Of a stretch of DNA of 31,538 nucleotides, positions 17,472 through 24,707 are shown one piece after another. Source of the stretch: a virus (lineage: Duplodnaviria; Caudoviricetes). The stretch lies in IMG/VR virus record IMGVR_UViG_3300021354_000022, positions 1 to 31,538 of that record; one strand, 5' to 3'. The stretch's first letter is position 1. The number at the start of each line of letters is the position of its first letter. A model generated the notes under the pieces. The model ran no database searches, was not told the DNA's origin, and saw nothing but the letters and a program-made list of their open reading frames with translations. The translations under genes were made by a program, and so were the position numbers.

Positions 17472-17744
17472 TTAATCTTCAATTTGTATAAAAGCGTTGC
17501 TTTTAGGCAACAATTCAGGCCATATTAAAAAGTAGTTATTTGGAAACATATCTTGGCGAGTTACCAAACCATTGCTTTCTTTTTCAATTCTTGCGCCCAA
17601 AAACATAAACCTGTCGGCTGGGATGCCACGCACACGCCAGTTGGATACGGCTGCATTGTCTACTTTGCACATTTTTGCCACTTTTGCCGTACCACCTAAC
17701 AAATCAATAATGGCGTTATCGGTAAGTTTTAATTTTGTGTCCAT
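17472..17744 (-). CDS. Cro/YdaS-like HTH regulator
   Basis: IIDLLGGTAKVAKMCKVDNAAVSNWRVRGIP...IWPEL; first gene of the leftward operon. Confidence 0.85.
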   Translation of the reverse strand: MDTKLKLTDNAIIDLLGGTAKVAKMCKVDNAAVSNWRVRGIPADRFMFLGARIEKESNGLVTRQDMFPNNYFLIWPELLPKSNAFIQIED

Positions 17745-17751
17745 TCACGCA

Positions 17752-17812
17752 GTTTAACTTAAATGTTGTTTATTTGCAAAGACTTTGCTTTTTTAGTTTT
17801 CCCATGTTAATA
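17752..17812. promoter_or_regulatory. Divergent sigma-70 promoters with operator
   Basis: Minus TTGCAA-17-TAAACT; plus TTGCTT-17/18-TAATAT; operator TGTTGT-TTATTT-GCAAA (17764-17780) overlaps the leftward -35. Confidence 0.65.
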
Positions 17813-17854
17813 TGCCTATATAGCAATTTCGCTATGTATTTAAGGGGAACTTAA

Positions 17855-18058
17855 ATGGGTGAACTAAACCAACTAATGTTGGAAATGGAAGAGCGTTTAG
17901 AAATAGCGCTTAACAATATGGAATTTGGCACAGAGCTTGCACAAGACGATATTGATGTTATTCGTGCAGCTTGTGGCAAACCACGAAACAGTCGTGTCAA
18001 TCCTTTACTGCGTGATGTTATTAATGACTTTGGCGCAATTTTTGGAGGCTCGAAATGA
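17855..18058 (+). CDS. Hypothetical early protein
   Basis: 67 aa, RBS AAGGGG. Confidence 0.7.
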   Translation: MGELNQLMLEMEERLEIALNNMEFGTELAQDDIDVIRAACGKPRNSRVNPLLRDVINDFGAIFGGSK

Positions 18059-18483
18059 ACCAATCAGAAAGCATTGCTAATTTAGCTAAATCACTAAGTG
18101 CGGTACAAGGAAAACTAACTTATGCAAAAAAAGACAGTAAAAACCCTTTTTTCAAATCTAATTATGCTGACCTTGAGTCTGTTTGGGATGCTTGTCGTGA
18201 CCTGCTTAGTAGTAATGGTTTGGCTGTTTCTCAATTCCCTGGACTATATTCTGAGCTAGACAAGTCCATGTCTTTAATAACAATCCTGACCCATACTTCT
18301 GGCGAATGGATTAGCCAAGAAATGTCTGTGCCTATGTCAAAACCTGACGCACAGGGCGCAGGCAGTTGTTTGACCTATATGCGTAGGTACGCATTAGCAG
18401 CAGTAGTAGGAGTAGTACAAGCAGACGATGATGGTAATGCCGCATCGTCACCTAAACCAGTAGTAAAAGCAAAGGAAATCTAA
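18055..18483 (+). CDS. erf: ERF-family ssDNA-annealing recombinase
   Basis: KNPFFKSNYADL...GSCLTYMRRYAL...DDDGN. Confidence 0.9.
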   Translation: MNQSESIANLAKSLSAVQGKLTYAKKDSKNPFFKSNYADLESVWDACRDLLSSNGLAVSQFPGLYSELDKSMSLITILTHTSGEWISQEMSVPMSKPDAQGAGSCLTYMRRYALAAVVGVVQADDDGNAASSPKPVVKAKEI

Positions 18484-18728
18484 TGGCTTACGAAATAAAA
18501 GAAGGCAGCGCTTCGCTGTTTAAAAATACTCGCAAACAAAGTGAAAATCACCCAGATTATACAGGGTCAATAATGTTGCAAGGTAAAGAACATTATTTGT
18601 CAGCGTGGATTAAAGAATCACCTAAAGCCGGTAAGTTTTTTAGCATTTCTGTAGGAAAAGTAAAAGAACCTGTAGGTTTTGTACCTAAAGGTGCTGATGA
18701 AATCGTAGACTCTGACTTGCCGTTTTGA
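18483..18728 (+). CDS. Small single-stranded DNA-binding protein
   Basis: SLFKN...HPDYTG...SAW; acidic C-terminal DSDLPF. Confidence 0.75.
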   Translation: MAYEIKEGSASLFKNTRKQSENHPDYTGSIMLQGKEHYLSAWIKESPKAGKFFSISVGKVKEPVGFVPKGADEIVDSDLPF

Positions 18729-18732
18729 GGAG

Positions 18733-18936
18733 ATGAATATGCTAAGTCAAATCAAAGATGTTATTGGCGATAAGGCCAGAATTTCTACAGAACCATTCGG
18801 AGTGGATGAAGAAAGACAATTAATAGCGTTTGAGGTCAATGACTTAGCTGCTGTACTTCAAGATGTTATTAGGGTTTGTGCAGACTGTTGCTTAAATACC
18901 ACAGACAGAGAAGCAATACTAGAATTACTTAATTAA
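18733..18936 (+). CDS. Hypothetical protein
   Basis: 67 aa, RBS GAGGAG. Confidence 0.6.
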   Translation: MNMLSQIKDVIGDKARISTEPFGVDEERQLIAFEVNDLAAVLQDVIRVCADCCLNTTDREAILELLN

Positions 18937-18955
18937 GCAGTTTAAAGGGGAAAAT

Positions 18956-19702
18956 ATGAGTCAGCATTGGTACTGTGCCATTACAGGCGCACCACGATAT
19001 ACGATGGTCGGCAAAAATGGCAAAGAAAGAAGCGTAACTTTGCGTGATGCCAAAGCAGCGCCAGGTACTTTAGTTCCATCTGTGTCCACCATAAATGGAC
19101 AGCTTTCTAAAGATGGATTAAATACATGGCTTCAAACAGAGGCTATTAAAGCTGCTGCGGAAAATCCTAGGGGTCTACAAGAAGAAGAAAAAGACTACAT
19201 TAGCCGTATTCTTGACTTGTCTAAGAAAAAGTCCCAAGAAGCCATGACTAGGGGAACTCTTATACATGACTTCATAGAGAGCTTTTACAACCAAGAATAC
19301 CTACCAGAGATGCCTACCTATGTCCGCAAGGTAGATGACGCTATAACGGCTCATTTTGGGGCGCAGCTATGGATTGCCGAACAGTCTTTAGTCAATCAAG
19401 AAGGCTATGGTGGTAAGTGCGATTTATATTGCAAAGCAAAGCATGACTTCCCTGGGGTAGTAATTGACTTTAAAACGACAGAAAAATCCCCTGGTGAACT
19501 AACACCCTATCTAGAGCATACACTACAGCTTGCAGCCTATAGAGAAGTTCTAGCACCCCAAGCTAGATGTGCCAATGTCTACATTAATGGCGAAACTGGT
19601 GAGGTTGCAATATACGAACATACAGAGCAAGCCATTAGGGATGGCTATGAAATGTTCCTAAGTCTTTTAAAAATATACAAGCTCAAAACTGGGTTAAACT
19701 AA
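18956..19702 (+). CDS. PD-(D/E)xK exonuclease
   Basis: PSVST, RGTLIH, YGGKCD, IDFKT, QLAAY. Confidence 0.85.
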   Translation: MSQHWYCAITGAPRYTMVGKNGKERSVTLRDAKAAPGTLVPSVSTINGQLSKDGLNTWLQTEAIKAAAENPRGLQEEEKDYISRILDLSKKKSQEAMTRGTLIHDFIESFYNQEYLPEMPTYVRKVDDAITAHFGAQLWIAEQSLVNQEGYGGKCDLYCKAKHDFPGVVIDFKTTEKSPGELTPYLEHTLQLAAYREVLAPQARCANVYINGETGEVAIYEHTEQAIRDGYEMFLSLLKIYKLKTGLN

Positions 19703-19707
19703 ACAAT

Positions 19708-19767
19708 GAGGTGGTAGGTGTGCTTTCCCCTTTGCACAACCATACATTCACGGAGTCCTGCCACCTC
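19708..19767 (+). ncRNA. Candidate anti-Shine-Dalgarno sRNA hairpin
   Basis: 11-bp stem (19708-19718/19757-19767) enclosing UGUGC-UUUCCCCUUU-GCACA. Confidence 0.6.
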
Positions 19768-19778
19768 GCCTCTTTTCA

Positions 19779-19866
19779 AGGGCGTTAAGCCGCCATAACA
19801 GGATGCAGTAAGTTAGGGTTTTTGCGGCTTTCCACCTAATAGCTAGTAACTGCCAAATGTTGCCCT
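19779..19866 (+). ncRNA. Candidate pseudoknotted RNA
   Basis: Nested stems AGGGC/GCCCU, AACA/UGUU, GCAGU/ACUGC, UUAGG/CCUAA; loop GCGGCUU pairs with upstream AAGCCGC. Confidence 0.55.
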
Positions 19867-19875
19867 ATATATTTT

Positions 19876-19907
19876 GTATATACATTGATGCCTATATGTA
19901 TAAAAAA
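19876..19907 (+). repeat. 32-bp inverted repeat, right copy
   Basis: GTATATACATTGATGCCTATATGTATAAAAAA. Confidence 0.85.
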
Positions 19908-20020
19908 TTGCACTTTCTATGCTTGTCAATGTCACATTTTTGCATGATTTTTTCTTTAAATTTCATGCACTTACAACAATAAATTTTTTATGTGGTTTTT
20001 GTTTCTCATAGTTTACAAAT

Positions 20021-20056
20021 TGTTGTTTTTTTGCCAAATTAAGGGTAAACACCTAT
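20021..20056 (+). promoter_or_regulatory. Operator plus TTAAGGGTAAACACCTAT box
   Basis: TGTTGT-TTTTTT-GCCAA, then a box matching 9348-9365. Confidence 0.6.
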
Positions 20057-20092
20057 TAAAAACACTTACAAATAAGAATAAATTTTACTCAT

Positions 20093-20166
20093 AGCAGGTC
20101 TTGACACTATTCAGCTCTATGGCTCTTTGAGATTTCAGACTAAAAAGACCTGACCTGCTTTTTTTT
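20093..20166 (+). terminator. Structured leader/sRNA ending in a terminator-like U-tract
   Basis: AGCAGGTC...GACCTGCT followed by a T-run; alternative pairing CAGGTCTT/AAGACCTG. Confidence 0.5.
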
Positions 20167-20175
20167 AAAGGAATT

Positions 20176-20412
20176 ATGGAAACTTATGTAAGGCGAGTGT
20201 TTGAAGGTGAAGCGCCATGCGACAAATGCGACCAAGCTCAAACCTGTCAAGACAATGAATGGGCTTGTAGGGCGTTTTCTTTTTATGTATTGCATGGCGT
20301 TTTTGAGGACTACACGGCTCGTATGCCATCTAGAGAAATGTTTATTAAAATTTTTAAAGAAGATGACAAAGCTCTTAAAAACTATTTAAAAGCTATAAGG
20401 GAAAAGAAATGA
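20176..20412 (+). CDS. Cys-rich hypothetical protein
   Basis: PCDKC...C...C; RBS AAGGA. Confidence 0.65.
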   Translation: METYVRRVFEGEAPCDKCDQAQTCQDNEWACRAFSFYVLHGVFEDYTARMPSREMFIKIFKEDDKALKNYLKAIREKK

Positions 20413-20573
20413 ATATTCAAATTGAAATAGTCAAAGAACATGAAGATGGGTCAGCAGACGCTTTAGTTCATTTTGACGCTGAAGGACTAGGAATATTGGT
20501 AGAAGCTGGTATTTTAAGCATATTGCGCCAATACATAGAACAGGAAAAGAAAAAGGCAAAGAAAAAGAAATGA
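20409..20573 (+). CDS. Hypothetical protein (54 aa)
   Basis: Not in track: MNIQIEIVKEHEDGSADALVHFDAEGLGILVEAGILSILRQYIEQEKKKAKKKK; ATGA overlaps. Confidence 0.65.
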   Translation: MNIQIEIVKEHEDGSADALVHFDAEGLGILVEAGILSILRQYIEQEKKKAKKKK

Positions 20574-20809
20574 TTACCGAAAAAGATGGTAGTTTTACTA
20601 TTAACTGTAAACAAGGGGAAGCAACTATGAGTACACGCAGTTTTGGAATGGTAGGAAAAACCTATAAAACGGCTTCAGAGGCGTTTAAAGAGCCTGACTA
20701 CTACACAGCTATACAAAGACCCCAACAAAGCGAATACAGCCACTTGTGGTGCGTTTTAGGGGTAATTTCTGTATTAACCTTAATTGTGTTTGTATTTAAC
20801 CGTTCTTAG
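20570..20809 (+). CDS. Small C-terminally anchored membrane protein
   Basis: C-terminal TM helix; internal ATG 20627 with RBS AAGGGG is an alternative start. Confidence 0.6.
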   Translation: MITEKDGSFTINCKQGEATMSTRSFGMVGKTYKTASEAFKEPDYYTAIQRPQQSEYSHLWCVLGVISVLTLIVFVFNRS

Positions 20810-21308
20810 CCATATTTAAAGACTCAGTTTCTTCAGTAGCTACACGGCTAAGCCACCCTTTGCCAAAAATAGGAAATGTCTTTAGTGAACGGTAGTAGTC
20901 CCTGCGAGCTTCTGAGAATTGAGCGATAAGAGTTGCACTATTACTGGCGAGAATAAGCTCTCTTGTCTTTGGGCCGATAATTCCGTCAGGTACGCATCCA
21001 ATAGCGGACTGAAGCAATTTAACGCTTCTGCCTGGCCCTGCATTAACTCCCATGGAAAATACAACAAAATCGAGTCCCCTAGGTAAAACTTCTCCATAGC
21101 AAGGCCTCCAATATTTCTGTTCATATAAGGGTGCTACTTCAGCTTCTGTAAGGTTTTTCATGGTTTCAACAGGATGACCTACCCATTCTTCCCAAACACG
21201 CTTAGTAACGCCTAAATTTGTTTCACCACCTTGGTCGTTTGGATTATTTACCCAACCACCTTCAGACTTTAATACTAACGCTAAACACTCTTTAAAGTTA
21301 CCTGTCAT
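20796..21308 (-). CDS. Endolysin, glycoside hydrolase family 108
   Basis: EGGWVNNPNDQGGETNLGVT, DGIIGPKT, FGKGWLSR. Confidence 0.92.
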   Translation of the reverse strand: MTGNFKECLALVLKSEGGWVNNPNDQGGETNLGVTKRVWEEWVGHPVETMKNLTEAEVAPLYEQKYWRPCYGEVLPRGLDFVVFSMGVNAGPGRSVKLLQSAIGCVPDGIIGPKTRELILASNSATLIAQFSEARRDYYRSLKTFPIFGKGWLSRVATEETESLNMAKNG

Positions 21309-21703
21309 TTAAGCCCTAATTGTTCCTTAGTCCACTCTTGTAAACTAACTAATTGCTGCGTGGTTTGAGCGCATTGTCCAATAAGTTCTGAGTAGGCGGT
21401 ATTTGCATCAAAGAGCTTGGTGGTGTTGGAAAGGTTGGACACGCTGCTGGTATTGGGCTGGCGCACCCCATTAGCGTAATACTGGCGCAACAAAGCAAGT
21501 TTCGCATCATATTCATTTTGTATTCCTTTAGTTACGAGTTCCTGCTGTGACCGAATGGATTCAACTTTTGCTTCTTGTGTTTTGGCGGCAACTTCAACTG
21601 ACTTCTTGTATTCAATATATCGTGAATAACCCATCCACCACCCAGAACCGAAAGCAATAGATAAAACAACGCCAATAATTGCCAACTTAGCATAATCAAT
21701 CAT
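21305..21703 (-). CDS. Rz-like inner-membrane spanin
   Basis: N-terminal TM helix, coiled coil, C-terminal Cys; contains an embedded lipoprotein gene. Confidence 0.8.
   Translation of the reverse strand: MIDYAKLAIIGVVLSIAFGSGWWMGYSRYIEYKKSVEVAAKTQEAKVESIRSQQELVTKGIQNEYDAKLALLRQYYANGVRQPNTSSVSNLSNTTKLFDANTAYSELIGQCAQTTQQLVSLQEWTKEQLGLK
21349..21516 (-). CDS. Rz1-like outer-membrane spanin embedded in +1 frame
   Basis: Not in track: MNMMRNLLCCASITLMGC-ASPIPAACPTFPTPP...; lipobox LMGC, Pro-rich, RBS AAGGA. Confidence 0.8.
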   Translation of the reverse strand: MNMMRNLLCCASITLMGCASPIPAACPTFPTPPSSLMQIPPTQNLLDNALKPRSN

Positions 21704-21891
21704 TTCTCACCTAATGGCTGAGTTGTTATAAAGCGGAGTACAGCGCAAATAATGCCGATAACAACAAAAGACACACCATAGTATCTAGGGTCAATAATAT
21801 TTTGAACATAGGAAAAATTTTCAAATAAAGAACCAAATATAACTAATAAAAAAGAAAACCACATTGTTTTACTACGCATTATTGGTTTCAT
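21700..21891 (-). CDS. Holin-like two-TM protein
   Basis: MKPIMRSKTMWFSFLL...LRFITTQPL; start 21891 by ATGA coupling. Confidence 0.7.
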   Translation of the reverse strand: MKPIMRSKTMWFSFLLVIFGSLFENFSYVQNIIDPRYYGVSFVVIGIICAVLRFITTQPLGEK

Positions 21892-22052
21892 TTTGGCAAC
21901 TGAAATCCATGTGTTGAAATCCATGCATAACCTATTAATGCCACAAAAGCATAGCCAATAGTCTTTAAAGAAAACCATCCAAACTGGGTGACTTTCTCAT
22001 TTAACCATTCTTTAATAGCTTCTTTTACAACATCTTTGTCTAGGTCGTTCAT
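21888..22052 (-). CDS. 54-aa membrane protein (holin/antiholin candidate)
   Basis: Not in track: MNDLDKDVVKEAIKEWLNEKVTQFGWFSLKTIGYAFVALIGYAWISTHGFQLPK. Confidence 0.65.
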   Translation of the reverse strand: MNDLDKDVVKEAIKEWLNEKVTQFGWFSLKTIGYAFVALIGYAWISTHGFQLPK

Positions 22053-22059
22053 GGCTTAA

Positions 22060-22200
22060 TCACTTTTTAAGTCGTGTAGTGGCTTTTTTAACTGTTTTCT
22101 TTGCGGCAACTTTTTTGGCTTTAGAAACAGGAAAATCAAAGGTTTCAATCTTAGGTTGAAAGCCAAATTTGTCTAATATCCATGTGAATGTAAAGTTCAT
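22060..22200 (-). CDS. 46-aa Lys-rich peptide
   Basis: MNFTFTWILDKFGFQPKIETFDFPVSKAKKVAARKTVKKATTRLKK; ATGA overlap. Confidence 0.55.
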   Translation of the reverse strand: MNFTFTWILDKFGFQPKIETFDFPVSKAKKVAAKKTVKKATTRLKK

Positions 22201-22412
22201 TGAATCACCTCTACTTTAGCAAGTGATTCTTTAAGCATAGTCAGAAATGCTTGTTTGCCGACTTGTAACTGTTCAATGTTGAACTGTGAACTACCAATTT
22301 TGCGGTCTAGGTCAATTAAATGATTAACCATAGCTTGCTGTTCAGTAGTCATATTTTCGAACTCGTAACTTACATCGTCAATAGTAACTTGGTTTTTCTT
22401 TATGTTTTCCAT
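22197..22412 (-). CDS. Small tail-fibre-associated protein
   Basis: VTIDDVSY...coiled coil, downstream of the fibre gene. Confidence 0.65.
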   Translation of the reverse strand: MENIKKNQVTIDDVSYEFENMTTEQQAMVNHLIDLDRKIGSSQFNIEQLQVGKQAFLTMLKESLAKVEVIQ

Positions 22413-22429
22413 GTTATTTCTTCAAAATA

Positions 22430-22447
22430 ATCCTGAAAGCGCAGGAT
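22430..22447 (-). terminator. Hairpin after tail-fibre accessory gene
   Basis: ATCCTG-N6-CAGGAT, followed on the minus strand by TATTTT. Confidence 0.35.
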
Positions 22448-22448
22448 A

Positions 22449-22748
22449 TTACGCAGTTGCCCAAGGTAGTCCTGTTTCTTGTACAGGGTTCTTTTGTGCT
22501 TCAATATTGGCAGTCAGACTAGCTTCTACTGTGTCTTTGCCTAATGAATTTTGTACCCAGCCAATAACTTGTTCTTGCGTTAAATCAGCGTAAGGGATGT
22601 ATTCTTTAGTTTCTTGAATGTAGCCTACAGTTCCGTAAGTTGAGGCGTTATAGTCACCATCCACAGCGTTTACTGTGTAATGTACTGTGACTACAAAGCC
22701 ATCAGAAGTAAGTCTGTCCATTTGTATTACATTCCAAGTAAAGTTCAT
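22449..22748 (-). CDS. Tail-fibre assembly/accessory protein
   Basis: FTWNV...IPYADLTQEQVIGWV...GLPW. Confidence 0.7.
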   Translation of the reverse strand: MNFTWNVIQMDRLTSDGFVVTVHYTVNAVDGDYNASTYGTVGYIQETKEYIPYADLTQEQVIGWVQNSLGKDTVEASLTANIEAQKNPVQETGLPWATA

Positions 22749-23824
22749 TTGTTCTCCAATGCTATTATTTTTTGTTTTAATTCTTCAATAGTAAGTAAAG
22801 CATTTTTTAAAGACATTACAGTTATAGCTAATACTGACCTATCATGGTAACCCCAAGGCTTTCCTTTTTCAGGTGTTGGTGCGGCTTCTTCACCAATAGC
22901 TTCATGCACATTTTGTGCATAAAAACCTAATTGTCTTTCTTTTCCAAAAATAGGTGCTTTTTCTTTATTGTAAAACCAATATCCAGCTTCTAATTTTTGC
23001 AACATTGCTTCAGGATTAACAGGAGTTCCATCTTTAATTTTCCATGTTTCATCAGATACAGAGCTAATTACACCAGCAGAAGAAAAAGTTGCTGCACCAG
23101 CACCATAAGCAGACATAGTAACTATGCCACTAGAGTCAATACGCATTTTTTCCGTTAATCCAACATTGGCTGTAAAGTTTTGAAAAATTAAACCACGCTG
23201 GTCACCAGCACCATCACGAATGGTATACATACCAGCATAAGTAGTGGTTGAGCTTTGAGCCGTAATTAAAGGAGATATTGTGTTTTGAACTGCTGAAGTT
23301 AATACAGAAAGCAAAGTATTTGGAGCAGTAACACCAATGCCTAAACTGCCAGCACTATTAATTCTCATTACTTCGCCTCTATTAGTTTGTATAAATAATA
23401 GATTTGCACCATTTGCACCTGTAGCACCAGTATTTTGAATATATGTTTGATTAGTATTATCTGAATTACTACAAGCTACAGTAGCACTTCCAGCAGCATT
23501 AAGTTGGGAATTTACATTTACAGTTTGAACTCCAAGACTGCTTCCATTAAAAGTTAAATTAGCATTATCTTGTAATAATCCGCCTGTACCAGCATAAGTT
23601 ACACGACCACTTGTTAATCCTGAATCAGTAACGGATGTAAATACACCAGCAGAACTTGATTTAGAAGCAATAGTTTGCACCACTCCTGCGGAATCTTTGT
23701 AGTACAACTTTCCATCGTTGGTGTTTATAGCTAATTCGCCAGCAACTAAGTTACCAGCCGTAGGAGTATTACTAGCAGTAGAACTGTAGTAAATCGAAAT
23801 TGGAGTGTAGCCTGTCTGTGCCAT
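22745..23824 (-). CDS. Tail fibre with Mtd_N-like N-terminus and C-terminal intramolecular chaperone (peptidase S74-like)
   Basis: LVAGELAINTNDGKLYYK; EKMRIDSSG-type repeats; SDETWK...GFYAQ...coiled coil. Confidence 0.85.
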   Translation of the reverse strand: MAQTGYTPISIYYSSTASNTPTAGNLVAGELAINTNDGKLYYKDSAGVVQTIASKSSSAGVFTSVTDSGLTSGRVTYAGTGGLLQDNANLTFNGSSLGVQTVNVNSQLNAAGSATVACSNSDNTNQTYIQNTGATGANGANLLFIQTNRGEVMRINSAGSLGIGVTAPNTLLSVLTSAVQNTISPLITAQSSTTTYAGMYTIRDGAGDQRGLIFQNFTANVGLTEKMRIDSSGIVTMSAYGAGAATFSSAGVISSVSDETWKIKDGTPVNPEAMLQKLEAGYWFYNKEKAPIFGKERQLGFYAQNVHEAIGEEAAPTPEKGKPWGYHDRSVLAITVMSLKNALLTIEELKQKIIALENK

Positions 23825-23826
23825 GA

Positions 23827-24066
23827 TTAGTATGTTCCGCCAAAGATGCCTGTTAAGGCTGTTAGTGTACCAACATTATTAATGTCGTTTGTTGCCATAT
23901 TCAATGCCCCTGACATAGGAGTTTGACCATCTGCTGCTACTGACTGAGTTAGACCATCAGCAATATTTTGCATGGTTGTATTAGCCCAGCTACTTGTAAT
24001 AGTTGTGCCAGTTACTACTGGATTGCCAGCAGGAAGATTGTATACGCCTGAGCCATTTCGGGACAT
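23827..24066 (-). CDS. Tail-fibre anchor/adaptor protein
   Basis: MSRNGSGVYNLPAGNPVVTGTTI...DGQTPMSGALNM fibre N-terminal-type domain as a stand-alone 79-aa gene ending GGTY. Confidence 0.7.
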   Translation of the reverse strand: MSRNGSGVYNLPAGNPVVTGTTITSSWANTTMQNIADGLTQSVAADGQTPMSGALNMATNDINNVGTLTALTGIFGGTY

Positions 24067-24117
24067 GGTTGCTTTCCTTTACGATTTAATGCTATAATCT
24101 CTAAAAAGGAGATTACT

Positions 24118-24696
24118 ATGCCATTTAAAAACCAACATCCTCTTTACCAAGTTTGGCAAGGAATGAAGGCAAGATGTCTTAATCCAAATAATCCACATTA
24201 CGCAAATTACGGAAAAAGAGGAATAAAAATTTGTGACCAATGGATAAACAATTTTAACCAATTTGTTAAAGATATGGGTGAAAGACCAGCAGGCAATTCT
24301 ATTGACAGAATTAATAACAATGGTGATTACACGCCACAAAATTGCAAATGGTCTACTAAAAAAGAACAACAAAGAAATCGCAGAGTTACTAAACATATAA
24401 ACATTGAAGGTGTTAGCTATCTTATTTGTGAGATTGCTGAAAAATATGGGTTTAAATATGACACTATAGAAAATAGAGCCAAAACTGCAAAAACTTTTAA
24501 TGAGCTTGTAGACAAAACTCGCAAAGTTTATAAAGAAGGTCTTGCGCTTGGCGGTAAAGCTAGTGGCGCAAAAAAACAAGTTATGACCCATTGCAAGGCT
24601 GGGCATGAATTTACCGAAGCAAATACCCATATTTACAAAGGATGGAGGCGTTGTCGTACTTGTCATAGAATTAGACAATATAATCGTACTCATTAA
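24118..24696 (+). CDS. Free-standing HNH homing endonuclease
   Basis: WQGMKARC...YGKRGIKIC...SIDRINNNGDYTPQNCKW; C-terminal THCKAGH...RRCRTC; opposite strand, AT-richer. Confidence 0.88.
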   Translation: MPFKNQHPLYQVWQGMKARCLNPNNPHYANYGKRGIKICDQWINNFNQFVKDMGERPAGNSIDRINNNGDYTPQNCKWSTKKEQQRNRRVTKHINIEGVSYLICEIAEKYGFKYDTIENRAKTAKTFNELVDKTRKVYKEGLALGGKASGAKKQVMTHCKAGHEFTEANTHIYKGWRRCRTCHRIRQYNRTH

Positions 24697-24707
24697 CGCT
24701 ACCATTT

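Noticed and set aside
16451-19907. Invertible segment or IS bounded by the 32-bp inverted repeats
   Set aside because: No invertase or transposase in the window and the repeats are imperfect; kept as a regulatory finding instead.
20093-20166. tRNA
   Set aside because: No T-loop GTTCRA, D-loop or canonical acceptor stem.
22745-23824. Diversity-generating retroelement suggested by the Mtd_N-like domain
   Set aside because: No reverse transcriptase or TR/VR pair seen; the fibre ends in a chaperone domain.
24079-24705. 208-aa minus-strand ORF
   Set aside because: Antisense shadow of the HNH gene, which has clear motifs and an RBS.
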